Positions 14,430-31,346 of a stretch of DNA of 64,000 nt are shown in pieces; the stretch's first letter is position 1, and every line of letters starts with the position of its first letter. Both the position numbers and the translations under genes were made by a program. The stretch comes from Eledone cirrhosa (Eukaryota): positions 352,532,001 to 352,596,000 of the forward strand of contig OZ024742.1 of NCBI GenBank assembly GCA_964016885.1, in the 5' to 3' direction. The notes beneath the pieces were generated by a model. That model saw nothing but the letters and a program-made list of their open reading frames with translations. It searched no databases and was not told the origin of the DNA.

Positions 14430-15070
14430 TTACCCTCCCATTTCCAATTCACTGCACGCTATCATGACTATGTGCATGTTTGTGTAACTGTATATATGTG
14501 AATGTATTTGTGAGAAAGTATGTGTGAATGTATGTATATTTGTGTAAATGTATGTGTGAATGTATGTATATTTGTGTGAAAGTATACCCGCCCATCTCCA
14601 ATTAAACCGAATGCTATCCTGTCTGTATGTGTGTGTTTGTGTAATTGTATATGTGTGAATGCCTGTATGTGTGAAAGTATATGTGTGATTGTATGTATGT
14701 TTGTGTGAAAGAATGTATGTTTGTGGGAAAGTATGTGTGAATGTATGTATATTTGCGTGAAAGTATGTGTGAATGTATGTATATTTGTCAGAAATTATAC
14801 CCTCGCATCTCCAAATAAACCGAACGCTAGCATGACTGTATGTGTGCGTTTGCGCAAATGTATATGTGTGAATGTAGATATGTCTGTGTGAAAGTATCTG
14901 TGAATGTATGTATGTTTGGGTGAAAGTATATGTGAGTGTATATATGTTTGTGTGAAGGTATGTGTGAATGTATATATGTTTGTGTGAAAGTATGTATGTG
15001 TGACAGTATGTGTGAATGTATGTATACTTCTGTGAAAGTATGTATTTGTGTGAATTATGTCCGTGAGAGT
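14430..15070. repeat. Compound minisatellite (gtgtgaaagtatgtgtgaatgtatgtatattt units within three ~155-270 bp higher-order units)
   Basis: Unit heads ccc..catctccaa.taaaccgaa.gcta at ~14433, ~14587 and ~14800. Confidence 0.7.
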
Positions 15071-15719
15071 GTATTTTTATAGGTCTGTGTTTGCGCGATT
15101 ATAGTTATATACTCATAATAGTTATATACTCATACATATAGATGTATGTATGTTCACAATCAAACGCGTCAGCGTAGTAGAAAGTTTTAATCTCTCTATA
15201 TCTCTCATCACAAACTCTCTCTTTCTATATATATGTGGTGGTGGTGGTGGTGAAGACGATATACAGGAAGTGCAACTTTGAAAAGAAGTCAATTTGAAAT
15301 TATTTATTTCTATGAAATTGATTTTGTTTACGAAATTGAGTAGATAAATCAGGTAATATTCATTCCTTATTTATTCAAAGTAATCCAACATACTTTAGAA
15401 ACGGGATAAAAAAAAACCGTACGCAATCCCGCAGACCTACTTTATTATAGTTTAGATGTGTGTATGTGTGCATGTGTGTGTGAGTGTGTGCGTGTAAGAG
15501 TGTGTGTGTGTAAGAGTGTGTATGTGTAAGAGTGTGTGTGTGTAAGAGGGTGTGTGTGTATCCTGGATTACGTTGTTTAACGTGGAACATATATTAAGGC
15601 TGTTAGTATGTATAATTGGTGCGTAAATGAAATACTTGGAACGATAGCAAGAGCTATAAACAAGGCTATTTCTATGCATTACATACAAGCAAACATGCAT
15701 AAATATATATATATATATA

Positions 15720-18700
15720 TTAGAAAGTGAGGTTACTTTTACAAAATGAAAAACAGCCGAGTTGTTCTACACGAGTGAATGTATCAAGAAAAATGATGAT
15801 ATCGAAAATGCAACTGGAGTCTTATTTAAAAAATAGATATGTATATTTATTTGGTTCCTTTACCGGTTTTGCAGTTCTTCTGCTTTTCAAAAGTAGAGTT
15901 GAGATGGAGGGTCTGTGGTTTTTCTCACATCTGGTTGGTCTTTGAATGTTACTTGTTTTATATGGAAAAAAGTGATTCGAAACGCCAAGTTTTTAGAGAA
16001 GTAATTTGATTGGTTAGTCAATATGTATAATACATTTCGCGGCATTTTGCGTTACAAAGTTCTTCAAACAAGGGGGGGGGGGGGTAGGTTGTTTTTTTAT
16101 ATATGAGTGTTTGAATTACTTTTTACTTAAAAAAGGGGCTTACGAAGGCTTTTTTTTTATAAATGTAATTTGATTGGTTATAAATGAAATTAAGGCTGTC
16201 ACGTGAACATGTTCATTAAATTTCATACCCGTAATTGGGAATTTATTTTGTAGCCTTTTAGAGAATTTCATGACGAACAAAAGATTATGTACAAGAGAAA
16301 TGGGATGGGAGAATTGTTCTGGTTCAGTGATTATAGCAGGTTGTTTTTTCATATATGAGTGAGGTCTGGTTGGTTGATGTAGTCACGTGAATAAGTATAT
16401 CAGCTTTCACGTAAGTTTGTTTGAATTTATTTTTACTTTAAAAAAAGTGGCTTACGAAGGTGTTTTTTTAAATAAATATAATTTGATTGGTTATAAATGA
16501 AATTATGACTGTCACATGAACAAGTTCATTAAGTTTCGAGCCCGCGTTCTGGAATTTATTTGGTAGCCTTTTAGAGAATTTTATGACAAGCAAAATATAA
16601 TGGTCAAAAGAAATGGGATGGAAGAATTGTTCTGGTTCAGTGAATATGGTTGGTTCGCTGGGGCGTCAGAATTAAGATGTTCTATTGAAATAAAGAAAGT
16701 AAAGAAATGTATGTTTATTTGAGTGCTCGTGTGTGAGTGTATAGGAAGATGATTCTATTAGTATAAATGGGGGAGGGAGTTGTGTGTGTGTGTGTATGCG
16801 TGATATATGTGTGTGGTGGAGTATATTAAGATGGAGAGAATATATATATATTGTGCGTGTGTATATGTGTGTAATGATTCTATTAGTAGAAATGGGGGAG
16901 GGTGTTGTGTGTGTCTGGGGGTGTTATGTGTGTGTATCTGTGGTATGTGTGTGTGGGAGTATGGTTAGCATGTTAAGATGCAGAGAATATATATATATTG
17001 TGTGTGTGAGTGTAGGATAATGATTCCGTTAGTAGGAATATTTTTGAATGAACATATTTTCCTTATATATTCGTATTTGTTCTGTTGTATTGTCAGCGCA
17101 AACGTATGTTAAGGTTTATTTTGTTCGGATTTTTATTTTCTAAAATAGAAGGTGTTAAGGGTGTGTGTATGTGTCTGTTTGGATGGTTAGCATGTTATGG
17201 TGTTGACATAATGCATATTAAACCATATTTAATGCCTGACTCTATTTTTGAATAAACAAATTTTCCTTATTTATTCGTATTGGTTCTGTTGTATTGTCAG
17301 CGCAAAGGTAAAATGGGAAGATTTGGATTTCGGGTGTCTAATTTACTTGCGCATATGTCTAGATGTGCGCTTAGTGGTATCTGTATCTGTCTCGTGGATG
17401 GATCTCGTAATTGTTGGCGATGAACTGTCATTCTGTTTCTGAGTGTGAGTTTAGTTTGTCTGATATAATCTTCATTGCATCCTTTACATTTAATGGCATA
17501 AAATAGATTTTTTGATGAGCAAGTGAAGTGATTTTTTACAGCAAAATTTTGTCCTGATTTAAATGTGTTGCCTTCAATGAATGTCAGTGCAGGTTCCACA
17601 ATTAGAGCGAACACATTTTTTGACAGTTGGTTGTGGGATTGTGGTGGGTAATTTGGCATTGGTGATTAATATATTCAGTGATTTCGGCTGTCTTAGGCTT
17701 TTGTTTATTTTGTGTGTTTCAAAGGCTTTTTTCATTCTTGGGTCTTGTTTCAGTAGTGGGCCGTCCTTGTGAATAGTGTTGTAAGCTTCCGCATTTCTTG
17801 AGTCGTGTGTTGAGATATCTGCTAGAATATTGGACGTATCTTGAATTTGTTTCTGTTTTCGTAATTCATCAATGCTTATTGATTTAGCCCTTTCTATTCC
17901 ATTATTTATTAGTAATGGTGGGTACTATCTTTCGAGTAGAATTTCCTTTAATTCTTGAAGTCTGTTATTTTGCATTTCATAATTGGAGACAATTGTGCAA
18001 ATTCTTCTTGCTAGGTTAAAAGGAATGTTCCTCTTCGTGTGCTTTGGACGGTTGGAGGTGAATAGCAGTTATTGTTTGGAATCTGTTGTTTTGTAGTGTA
18101 TGTCAGTTTCAATATTTGTGTATTTTTTTAAAGATTAAGATGTCCAGAAATGGGAGTTGATCTTGGCTGTATGCCATTGTGAATTGGATGTGGTTATTGA
18201 TGCCATTTATTAAGCTTTTGAAATCATTCAGTTGGTCGAGTGTGTGGGACAAAAGAATGAGACAATCATCCCAGTAGCGTCTCCAATCTCTGATAAATAT
18301 GTGTGGAAGTTCAATCCTATTTTGATATGAACTGTTAATATATATGGACTTCTAAGTATGCCATGTCTAAGTTGGCATACGTTGGAGCGGCATTGTACCT
18401 ATTGCAGTCCCCGATATTTGCTTGTAAGTACTGCCATCGAAATCAAAAAAGTTGTTCTGTAAGATAAATTGTAATCCCTCGGTGATGAAACTTATTTCTA
18501 TTCTGCCAGGTATCTCATTGGGATATTTCTCTAGCCAGAATACTATTGCTTCTAGTCCGTATTGGTGTAGGATCATTGTGTAGAGATTCACTGCATCGAA
18601 AGACGCAATAATTGTGTCGTTGTTGACATGTTTAGGGAGGTGGTTTAAGAGGTCCAGATCGTCTCTTACAAAGCTTGGTATGTGTTCAAGAATTGGTTTT

Positions 18701-20801
18701 AATATTATGTCTATAAAGTGGATCAGTATGTCTGTTTCACATTGTGGGCCCGCTACAATTTGTCTTAATTTAAGGTCTGTGGTTTATTGTGTGTTCACGC
18801 AGGCTGAGGTAGATTGTTTACGGGCATCGTAAATTATTTTACACTTGTGGATCTTTGGAAGTCCTTTAATGTTGCAGGTTTTGTATTCAAAATGTGTTAA
18901 ATAATCGCGTTCCTTTTTAGTTATGTCTTCCTGGTATCGACAAATCAGTGTGTTTAATCTGGTCATTGTTTTTGATTGCTGGTAGTTTTTTACTCTTTCA
19001 TAGTAATTCGTATTTTGTAAGAAAGAATACAGAATTTTCATATTTTCAGCATCCATAATAACAACAGTACTTCCCTTGTCCGCTTCCTTAATTATTATGT
19101 CCGTATTGTTTTTTAGTTGATGGATAATCTCCCATTCTCTTCGACTCGTGTTGGGTTTGGGTTTAGGTTGCGGTAGTTCATGGTATGGGAATGTAGCTAT
19201 GTGGTCACAACATTTGTCCAAAACTCTGTTTCTACCTTTTGTTGGGTTGTAGCTGCTTTTATTCCGTACAATTGATTGGTCGTTATTATCCTTGTCAAAG
19301 AATTCCTATGTGAGACGTAATTTTCTATGGAAGTGTGAGATATCGTCATTTATCTCATTGAGGTTAGAGTATTGTGCTGTTGGTGTGAATTTCAGTCCTT
19401 TGGAGAGAATGTTTACTTGTTGGGCTGAGATGTTTGTATTTGAAAGATTGATTATTTTCGGTTTGTCAAAATCGTTTGTGCCACCGGGTGTATCGGGTCC
19501 TGTAGCCTTGGTCTAAAAAATGGTTTTACTGGAATGTTTTTTCAATGGAATTATCATATCTAATGGCATTTCCCCTGTTGTTGTGTGGTCTTGTATAGAA
19601 GTTTCGGACGTATTGAGGTTCGATTTGTTGATTGTCCGGGTTGTAGATTTTGTTCCTTTGTGTCGGTTGGGATCTACGATTTGGGAACAGGCTCTGTGTG
19701 GACAGGGGTCTACCGTTTTGGAATAGGTTTTGTGTGGGTTTTGATCTGCGGATCGGGTCCTGTCTTGTGTTGGGGGATCTTCGGTTTTTGTTAGTAGGGT
19801 TATAGTTTTGTCTATGGGTTCTGGGATTATCGTAATAGTTTTGCTGGGGTTATGTTGGACATTTTGTTAGTTTTTGTTGTTATTTGTTGTGCATGTGTTG
19901 TGTGAGTTTTAGTTTGTTTTAAAAATAGGTTACCTGTATGTTGTTCATTTTTGAAATCCATTACGTATTTGTTGAACCAGGTGGCATTTTTTTCCATCGC
20001 TGGAGGGATGTTAGTTCTTTATCCTCACATTTTTCTTTCCAAATTTTTAAGGTTTTTTCATAGAGTAGGCCTTCAGATTGCCTTGAGATTTCTGTGTCAA
20101 TCTGTTTGTCAGGTGAATTGAATTTTTCTTCGTTGGAGTTGGCTCTTAATCGCAACAGTTCTGTTTCTATTTTAATTTTTTCTAACGCCATCTTTTCCTT
20201 AAGTCTTTGTTGGTTTTCTGGTTCATTCGGGATGGGTTTTATTTGGAGTTTTGGGGGATGGGTGATTGGGGCAGAGTTTAGCCACTTTTCACATATGTCT
20301 GCCTTGCCATTATTTTTTAGGAGCTTCCAAAAGGCGAATTTGCGGGCTGTGACCTTTTGAGACCATATATTGATTAGGGTGTTTTTCACTGAGTGGACAT
20401 CTCGATGATTGGGTTCTAATGGTTGTTCCTGCTTTTGGAGCATTGCTGTTTCAATGTTTTCGATAAGTTTAGTTAATGCTGGAGTAATGTTCGTCTCTTG
20501 GGTATTTTCTGTTTCTTCGTGGGTTTTTTTTTATAGATGTGTATTTGGTCCGCTTTGTTGGTCATAATTCAGAGTTAAGAGGAACTCTCTTTCAGTTCAT
20601 TTGAGATGTCCTGTTTCAGTGAGTTTTTGTGTTGTTGAGACTCAGGTGGCATTTTCGGTCTTCGTGTGGTGGGTATGTATTAGAAAGTGAGGATTTTTAT
20701 ACAAAATGAAAAATAACCGAGGTGTCCTACAGGAGTGAAAGTATAAAGAAAAAAAGATGAAATCGAAAATGCAACTGGAGTCTTATTTTTAAAAAATATA
20801 T
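15720..20801 (-). mobile_element. Penelope-like element family A (Neptune-type), near full length, decayed; partial upstream pseudo-LTR
   Basis: Upstream ORF (ATG ~20652), IIIKEADKGS, GLPKIHK, QISGTA.GT, GIY-YIG region FTCSSKNLFYAIKCKGC..YI.QT; 20679-20801 is a direct repeat of 15720-15840. Confidence 0.92.
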
Positions 20802-23146
<2,345 letters not shown>

Positions 23147-23270
23147 TCTATCTTTGCTACGGCCCTTGATGAACCTGTTCTACATCATCCACTCTCATCC
23201 CATGAACAGTTTTTGATAGCGCTAGTTTGTGATTTAAATTCAGGAATTTTATATTCTTTGAATGAAAAGA

Positions 23271-23354
23271 ACCTTCTGACGAGAATCTCTCTTTGCAACG
23301 AAGGCCGTATGGTCTCCGTTTTATTTTTGGGATTCGAAACCGATCGGTAAAGGT
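23271..23354 (+). ncRNA. Type I hammerhead ribozyme, copy 1
   Basis: acctt CTGACGA gaatctc-(39 nt)-gggattc GAAAC cgatcg GTA aaggt; palindromic stem III ACCGATCGGT; predicted cut after 23349. Confidence 0.88.
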
Positions 23355-23753
23355 AACTATAGTAGGTAAAGTCAATTTTTTAAAATTTATTTTGAAACTT
23401 TTTCATTATTTACTAAACCTTGTTTATATTTGTTCTGGCTCGTTAATTTATTAACCCGCCATTGAACCACATTGGCACTTGGTTGGACAATACATGCGTA
23501 CCTTGGCGCCTTGTGCGTGAAGGGACGTATTTCATATTACTACTACCTCCACTAACGTTGAGAACAAACCGGGTCATTCAGACTGCTGCTGGCAATATCG
23601 GTGGCTAGTTTGACCTACCTCCTTTTGCCTCTATCTTTGATACGGCCCTTGATGAACCTGTTCTACATCATCCACTCTCATCCCATGAACAGTTTTTGAT
23701 AGCGCTAGTTTGTGATTTAAATTCAGGAATTTTATAATCTTTGAATGAAAAGA

Positions 23754-23837
23754 ACCTTCTGACGAGAATCTCTCTTTGCAACGAAGGCCGTATGGTCTCC
23801 GTTTTATTTTTGGGATTCGAAACCGATCGGTAAAGGT
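23754..23837 (+). ncRNA. Type I hammerhead ribozyme, copy 2
   Basis: Same sequence as copy 1; CTGACGA 23759-23765, GTA 23830-23832. Confidence 0.88.
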
Positions 23838-23904
23838 AACTATAGTAGGGAAAGTCAATGTTTTTAAATTTATTTTGAAACTTTTTCATTATTTACTAAA
23901 CCTT

Positions 23905-23968
<64 letters not shown>

Positions 23969-24000
23969 GCACATAGACACTCATACACACACACACACAT

Positions 24001-24046
<46 letters not shown>

Positions 24047-24047
<1 letters not shown>

Positions 24048-25180
24048 CTAGCAGCAATACCCGGCGTTGCACGGGATAGGAAACATGAAATAGCAACACG
24101 TATATGCAAATATTGAGGATGGTAGCTGTGTACTTTTTGAATTCCCTTCTTCATCTACTGGAAACGTAGAACACCACCAGGCAGAATCCGGTAGTATCGG
24201 AAATCGTATATGCGAAAGGAGTACGTAAGTGTTGCGGAGCGATGTATGTCGTAAGTCTGTTCTCGAATTACGTCACAGATGGGGTACACACGTCAGTCTG
24301 ACGGAGTGACGTAATCAATTGTGTGAAAACCAAGTAGGGAAGAACGTTTAAGTAAGGATATTGAGATGACGAAATCAGCGTGGCAACGCAGCTGCAGCAG
24401 AGGGGGTCATAGTGCAATTAGCACAAACACTGGACGGCACTGGTTTCACTGCATTTACACAGCAACAAAAGTGTAACAAAAGTGCGACAAAAGGGGTCAC
24501 TGCGGAATTAGCACAACCGCTCTTCAGCGTACTTGCGCAGGACGTTCATACTGCAGTGTAGGTGCAACAAAAAGGGTCTTAGTAGAAGTAGCACAGACGT
24601 CAGATTTACGGTGTGAATAACACGACAACATACACAGGGCCCGGATTTGTGCGTGATGGAAATACGAAGCGTCAACAGGGTGCCGACAAATATGTTAAGG
24701 TCCTCTTCATTTCCTCAACCCCCAAAAAATGTTCCTGCTTAAAAGTTTATAAGTGTTGTGTCCTCTGTTAAATAAACCAAATTTTTAACGAAATATTTTA
24801 CGTTACTTACGAGGTTTAAGTAGCGTTTATATTGAAAATGAACAAGGCATGTAATGCCCAATGCTAATTCGTAAATGTCCTAGAAACCATTAATATAATC
24901 GAAATCTTTTTCTCCAGAGCAATGTGAGGGGACAAACTAATGTGTGCTGCAAATTTCGATGAAATCGGTCGGATTATCTTTAAGTAACGCCTCAAATAAA
25001 CACTTAAAATGCCTAAAAATGCGGTTTTTCGCCTAATGTTGAAAAGGTTAACATTTCTTTAGCCCATTGCACTTCAAGAAATATAAGTAACGTATGTGTA
25101 ATGTTCGAAAAAAGTATGTTGGGTACTTCTCGAGTTTTAGGGATTTACACTGACAGATCTCGTCTGTTTTATATATATAT
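24047..25180 (-). mobile_element. Non-autonomous Helitron-like element
   Basis: Minus-strand 3' end: hairpin cccg-tgcaacgc-cggg (24060-24075) then CTAG (24048-24051); TA-rich 5' end; gcaaatttcgatgaaatcgg-type internal motif. Confidence 0.7.
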
Positions 25181-25342
25181 ATATCTATATATATCTATAT
25201 ATATATATATATAATTATGTATATATATATACATATATATACGTCCAACACTTGCTAGCAGGTAAAATGGACATTTAAAACAACACACTGCAAGATTTTA
25301 TATAGACTTTAGTCTATTTCCATGCTAGTATGGATTGAATGT

Positions 25343-25391
25343 GTGTCCCTGATGAAACATTACCAAATCTTGAAACAGCACTGTCTGGCAT
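25343..25391 (+). ncRNA. Degenerate type I hammerhead
   Basis: gtgtcc CTGATGA aacattaccaaatctt GAAAC agcact GTC tggcat; core intact, stems I/II imperfect. Confidence 0.55.
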
Positions 25392-26282
25392 CTTCGAGTG
25401 GACTGGCAACTCTGCTATATATTATTAGAGCAAAATAGAGACAAATAAATTGCTTTGTTACGAAAGAATAATTTTCTTTGATAGCAAGTCTACTAAAATG
25501 AACATGTTTTCATCTGCACCCCTATAATGTTAAAAACGTAAGATAGAAATCTGATTTTATTTTATTGCTCTCACTACCTCTCTTTTTGTTGCTATATCTC
25601 CTCTCTCTCTTACTTGCTGTCTCTCTCTCCAACTTCTACTCAATGAATTCCTATACAAAGTTCTCTTATTCGATTGTTTACTTTCAACTACTCCCAGTAT
25701 GTGAGTGGGCAGAAGTAAATAAAAGTTTGAGAAACTTGGTGAAACTATAAAACGAATGAAATGGTAAAAATGCATTACATAATGGAGTTGTGAAACAAAA
25801 ACTATATGTTAAACGACACTTAATACATTTTAAACATCAAAATATTAACACTTGATAAATATATTTAATACTCATGAGTATTTCAAAACCACACCATCTA
25901 AACATAATGTGTTCATTAGCTACTTCAGCTTATAAACGGGTTTTCGATTTTTGCCCATTTCTCAGGCATAACATAGGAGTTTAGATTATATTTAGATTAG
26001 TTGATATTGGAGTATATATGGTAATGTCTCTGTCATGTCTAATTTAGGGAAAAATAGAAAAAAATAGAGAAGATAACAAAATATTATCATATTCTGGATA
26101 TCACTATATATGATTACCACATTGCTCTAGATTCAGCAACCCTAGAAAAAGGAAAATGATGTACCATTATATTAATGACTTTCTGTTTCTATTTCAAATG
26201 GTATAAACTCATTAAGCTCGAAATTATATATGCACACACACACGCACACACACACACACACACACATCCCCCCCCCACACAC

Positions 26283-26318
<36 letters not shown>

Positions 26319-26434
26319 GTATACACACACCCCCCCCCACACACACACACACACACACTCTTATATTTCTGTCTTATGTAGACTTTGCACTTTCCAGTTG
26401 ACAAGTGTTTTTTAGGCCTCATATCATGTTACCT

Positions 26435-26504
26435 TATTTTATCTGATGAGAACACCATTTTTGTCCCAGGATGATGTTGTTTTCGAAATGCGCATAATAA
26501 AATA
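26435..26504 (+). ncRNA. Type I hammerhead ribozyme (AUA site)
   Basis: tattttat CTGATGA gaacac..gttttc GAAAT gcgc ATA ataaaata: 8-bp stem I, palindromic ATGCGCAT stem III; inverted copy ~27174-27244 has a C3G change. Confidence 0.82.
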
Positions 26505-26563
26505 TATGGAACTTTTTAACCATCTTTAATTCCTTCTTATATATATATGTATATATATATATA

Positions 26564-26797
<234 letters not shown>

Positions 26798-26827
26798 ACA
26801 TATACATATATATATATATATATATAT

Positions 26828-27142
<315 letters not shown>

Positions 27143-27944
27143 AGGAATTAAAAGATGGTTAAAAAAGTTCCATATATTATATTATGCGCATTTCGAAAAC
27201 AACATCATCCTGGGACAACAATTGTGTTCTCATCACATAAAATAAGGTAACATGATATGAACCCTAAAAATCACTTGTCAACAGGAAAGTGCAAAGTCTA
27301 CATATGACAGAAATATAAGAGTAAGAAAAAGATAGGAAAATAGAAGAAAAGGATAGAGGAAGTAGAAAAAAGAAAAAAAAGAAAATGAAGAGAGGAACAA
27401 AGGAAGAAAAAGAAAGAAGGAAGAGAGAGAAAGAGAAAGAAAGAGAGAGACACTTTTGATCAGGAACGCTGTCAAAATGAAACAAGCTCTAAATAACGGT
27501 TAAAAATAAATTGATGAGGTGTATGTGCGATAAAATAAAGGCGTCGATAAAATAAAGTACCACTAATGCACTGGGTAATTGCTGGCGTTGTGCCAAAACG
27601 TAGAAACAATTATAGATGGTATTCAAATATTAGAGGTCTAAAATATAGAAACTGAGTATATTATTTTATATTAGGTTTAAAAACTAAAAATTGGATTAAA
27701 AAATGTAAAAATGTATTAATAAAATAAAATAAAATAAATAAAATTAAATTAAAATAAGTATAAAAAAGTTTTTTATAAAATAAAATAAAATTAAAAAATA
27801 AAAATAATCTATCTATGTCAAAATTAAACATTTCTATTAAAAATCTATATATGTGCGGTATACTATTTAATGTTTATTTCATAACAAGTAAATAAAATAA
27901 ATTGCTAGAATGTTTTATAAACGAAGAAAAACATATGACGTCAT

Positions 27945-29505
27945 AATCATCATCATTATTCGTCGACTACTGTCGAGTTGATGGATCTCACTCTCATGCC
28001 CCAGAATTCCCTGCCCCCCCCCCCCCCCCATCGCTGCCCCCAGGTTCTGTCTACTGATTCCCGTATCCCTAGAGATAACGTCAGGGAATGACAGCTTCCT
28101 ACTCCTTGTCAGGCTGGAGTCAGGATTCCAAAGCAAGAGAGCGGATATGATTTCATTGCTGGCACGGTGACAGTGGCCAGCAAATTGAGCTCTCCGGGAT
28201 TTTAGAAGGGTAGAGTCTCGAGGGAGTTTGCCATAGATTTTAGATAAGGTGGGATGTCGTTTCCAGGATAGGTTTTGCACTCTCATTAAGAGGCGGGTAT
28301 ATGTGCCATCCAATCTCCTCTCAAGTTGTGATGTTAGTGTCCAAGTTTCGTATCCATAAAGTAATATGGGCTTAATGGTTGCTTGGAATATTTCCAGTTT
28401 TAACTTTTTGGTAAGTTGAGATGTCCATATGGCGTGCATGTCATTGCACGCTGACCATGCCATACCCTTCCTGGTTAGAAAATCTTTTTTGGAGGAGGAG
28501 ATATATGAGCCAAGATACTTGTAATCTTCCACCTGTTTAAGGGTGGTACCATTAAGGGTTCAGATGGGGTAGTTTGGGCTGCTTGCGCATCTGTTCACAT
28601 ACTCGGTCTTGGATTGGTTGAGGTACAGCCCAACACAGTTGGACGCTTGCTCTAATGACTTCAAAAGACTCTCAGCATTTTCCAGTGACCGACTGATCAA
28701 TGCGATGTCGTCAGCAAAGTCGGTGTCGGTCAAGTATTTTGCTGGGTAGCGTGAGCTTCTGCTAGGCTGTAGTTGGTATCCACAGACATGCGCAAAACAT
28801 AATCCACAACAATGATAAATAAATACGGAGCAAGTGTATCGCCCTGTAAAATTCCAGCGAGGATTGAGAAAGGTGGTGTTTCCCCATCTGTGGTCAGGAC
28901 AGTTGATTTGGTATCTGTATACATTACACATATGGCCGCGATGATTTTATCAGTAATCCCATAGAGTTGTAGAATTTCAAACATCCCCAACCTGTCAACT
29001 GAAACGAAGGCTTTTGAAAAATCAACAAAGATGAGTGCAAGGTCTAGATTGCGGTTTTGGGACTCCTCTATTAGTCGACGAAGGCAGAGAATCTGGCTAA
29101 GTGTTGATCTACCTCTCCTAAATCCATTCTGGTTGTTACGAAGGATTGGCTCAAGAAATGGGATTAAGCGATTAAGAAGAAGCTTGTATATTTTTGCAGC
29201 AATTGCCATGAGAGAAATTCTTCTATAGTTGGTGGCTAAAGAAAGATCTCCTTTCTTGGGCATGGGGATAGTTTGAGCTGCATGCCAGACGCTAGGTGGT
29301 TTATTAGTCTCGAAAGTATGGTTACATAAGTTGAGCAAAAGGATGTGGAAATGCTCATCCTTCCAAATCAGGGTAGGTATATTATCCGGCCCAAAGGCTT
29401 TTGAGGCTTTGAGCTGTTTGATGGCTTCTTTGAGTTCAGGCATGGTGAAAGCACAGGTGTTGTGTCCTAAAGGCTCTGAAACCTGAATGAAGGTTTGAAC
29501 GAACA
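27945..29505 (-). mobile_element. RTE-like LINE, 5'-truncated RT pseudogene
   Basis: QNGFRRGRST, FVDFSKAF, GILQGDTLAPYLF, FADDIAL, YKYLGS, LLYGYETW; (GAT)n tail. Confidence 0.9.
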
Positions 29506-29718
29506 TTTAAGGCTATCGAAAAAATGTCAAATGCTTAATATATGCTGAGAAAACTGAATTAATACATTGTAGAATATATTAAAATATGTGTAAAAAAATG
29601 TGTGTAAACAATTAACCGTTATTCGAGGAATATGTTATAGGACATTAGCTATATACTTTGTGAACGTATATATATATATCATCATCATCATCATCATCAT
29701 CGTTTAACGTCCATTTTC

Positions 29719-29751
<33 letters not shown>

Positions 29752-29752
<1 letters not shown>

Positions 29753-30278
29753 GAAAAAGAGATGAAATCGAAAATGCAACAGGAGTCTTATTTTAAAAAA
29801 AATATATATATATTTATTTGGTTCCTTTACCGATTTCGCAGTTCTTCTGCTTTTCAAAAGATGAGTTGAGATGGAGGATCTGTGGTTTTTCTCAAATCTG
29901 GTTGGTCTCTGAATGTTACTTATTTCATATGGAAAAAGTGGCTCGTAATTCAAGGTTTTTCGAGAAGTAATTTGATTGGTTTGTCAATAATTATAATAAA
30001 TTTCGCGCCTGTTCGCGTTACATTAGTTCTTCAAATAAGAGGGGGGGGGGGGGGTCACAAGTTTTCATTAAATTGTTGTGCCCTTATTTGGAAATCCATT
30101 CTGTAGCCTTTTTAGAGAATTTTATGATAAGTGAAAGATAATGGTCAAGAGAAAGGGATGGCAGAATTGTTCTGGTTCAGTGAATATGGTTAGTTCGCTG
30201 GGGTGTCAGAGTTCACATTTTCTATTGAAGAAATGTATGTTTATTTGTGTGCTTGTGTGTGTGTGTGTGTGTGTGTGT

Positions 30279-30325
<47 letters not shown>

Positions 30326-30352
30326 CATTGGAAGATTATTCTATTAGTAGAA
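29752..30352 (-). mobile_element. Inverted pseudo-LTR of PLE family A, copy 2
   Basis: Reverse complement of ~34025-34700; HHR at ~29824-29862. Confidence 0.85.
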
Positions 30353-31346
30353 TATTAACTAAGCTAATCGAAACCATTGAAACAGCAATGCTCTAAAAGC
30401 TGGAACAACCGTTAGAACCCAATCTACGAGATGTCCACTCAGTGAAAAACACCCTAATCAACATATGGGCTCAAAAGCTCACGGCCCGCAAATTCGCCCT
30501 TTGGAATCTCCTAAAAAATAATGGCAAGGCAGACATATATGAAAAGTGGCTAAACTCTACCCCAATCATCCTCCCCCAAAAACTCCAAATAAAACCCATC
30601 CCAAATTAACCAGACAACCAACAAAGACTTAGGGAAAAGTTGGCGTTGGAAAAATTTAAAACAGAAATAGAACTGTTGCGATTAAGAGCCAACTCCATCG
30701 AAGAAAAATTCAAGTCACTCCACCAACAGATGGACACATAAATCTCAATGCACTCTGAAGGCCTACTCTACAAAAAACCCCGAAAACTTTGGAAAGAAAA
30801 CTGTGAGGATTAAGAATTAACATCCCTCCAGCGATGGCAAAAAAACGCGACCTGGTTCAACAACTACGAAATGGACTTCAAAAATGAACAACATACAGGT
30901 AACCCATTTTTAAAACAAACTAAATCTCACACACCATATGCACAACAAATAACAAAAAAAGTAACAAAACGTCCAACATACCCCCAGCAAAACTACAACG
31001 ATAATCCCAGAAACCATAGACAAAACTATAACCCTATTAACAAAGACCAAAGATCGCCGAACACAGGACAGGACCTGATCCGCAGATCACTGCCGACACA
31101 AAACCTATTCCAAAACCGTAGACCCCTGCCCACACAGAGCCTGTTCCAAAACCGTAGATCCCAACCCACACAAAGGAACAAAATTTACAACCCGGAGTAT
31201 CAACAAACCGAACCTCAATACGTCCGAAACTTCTATACAAGACCACACTACAATAGGGGAAATACCATTAGATATAACAATACTATTGAAAAAATATTCC
31301 AGAAAAATCATTTTTTAGACCAAGACTACAGGACTCACGACACCCG

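Noticed and set aside
14430-15070. CRISPR-like repeat/spacer appearance
   Set aside because: Eukaryotic context; the spacers are themselves TG-rich repeats; no cas genes
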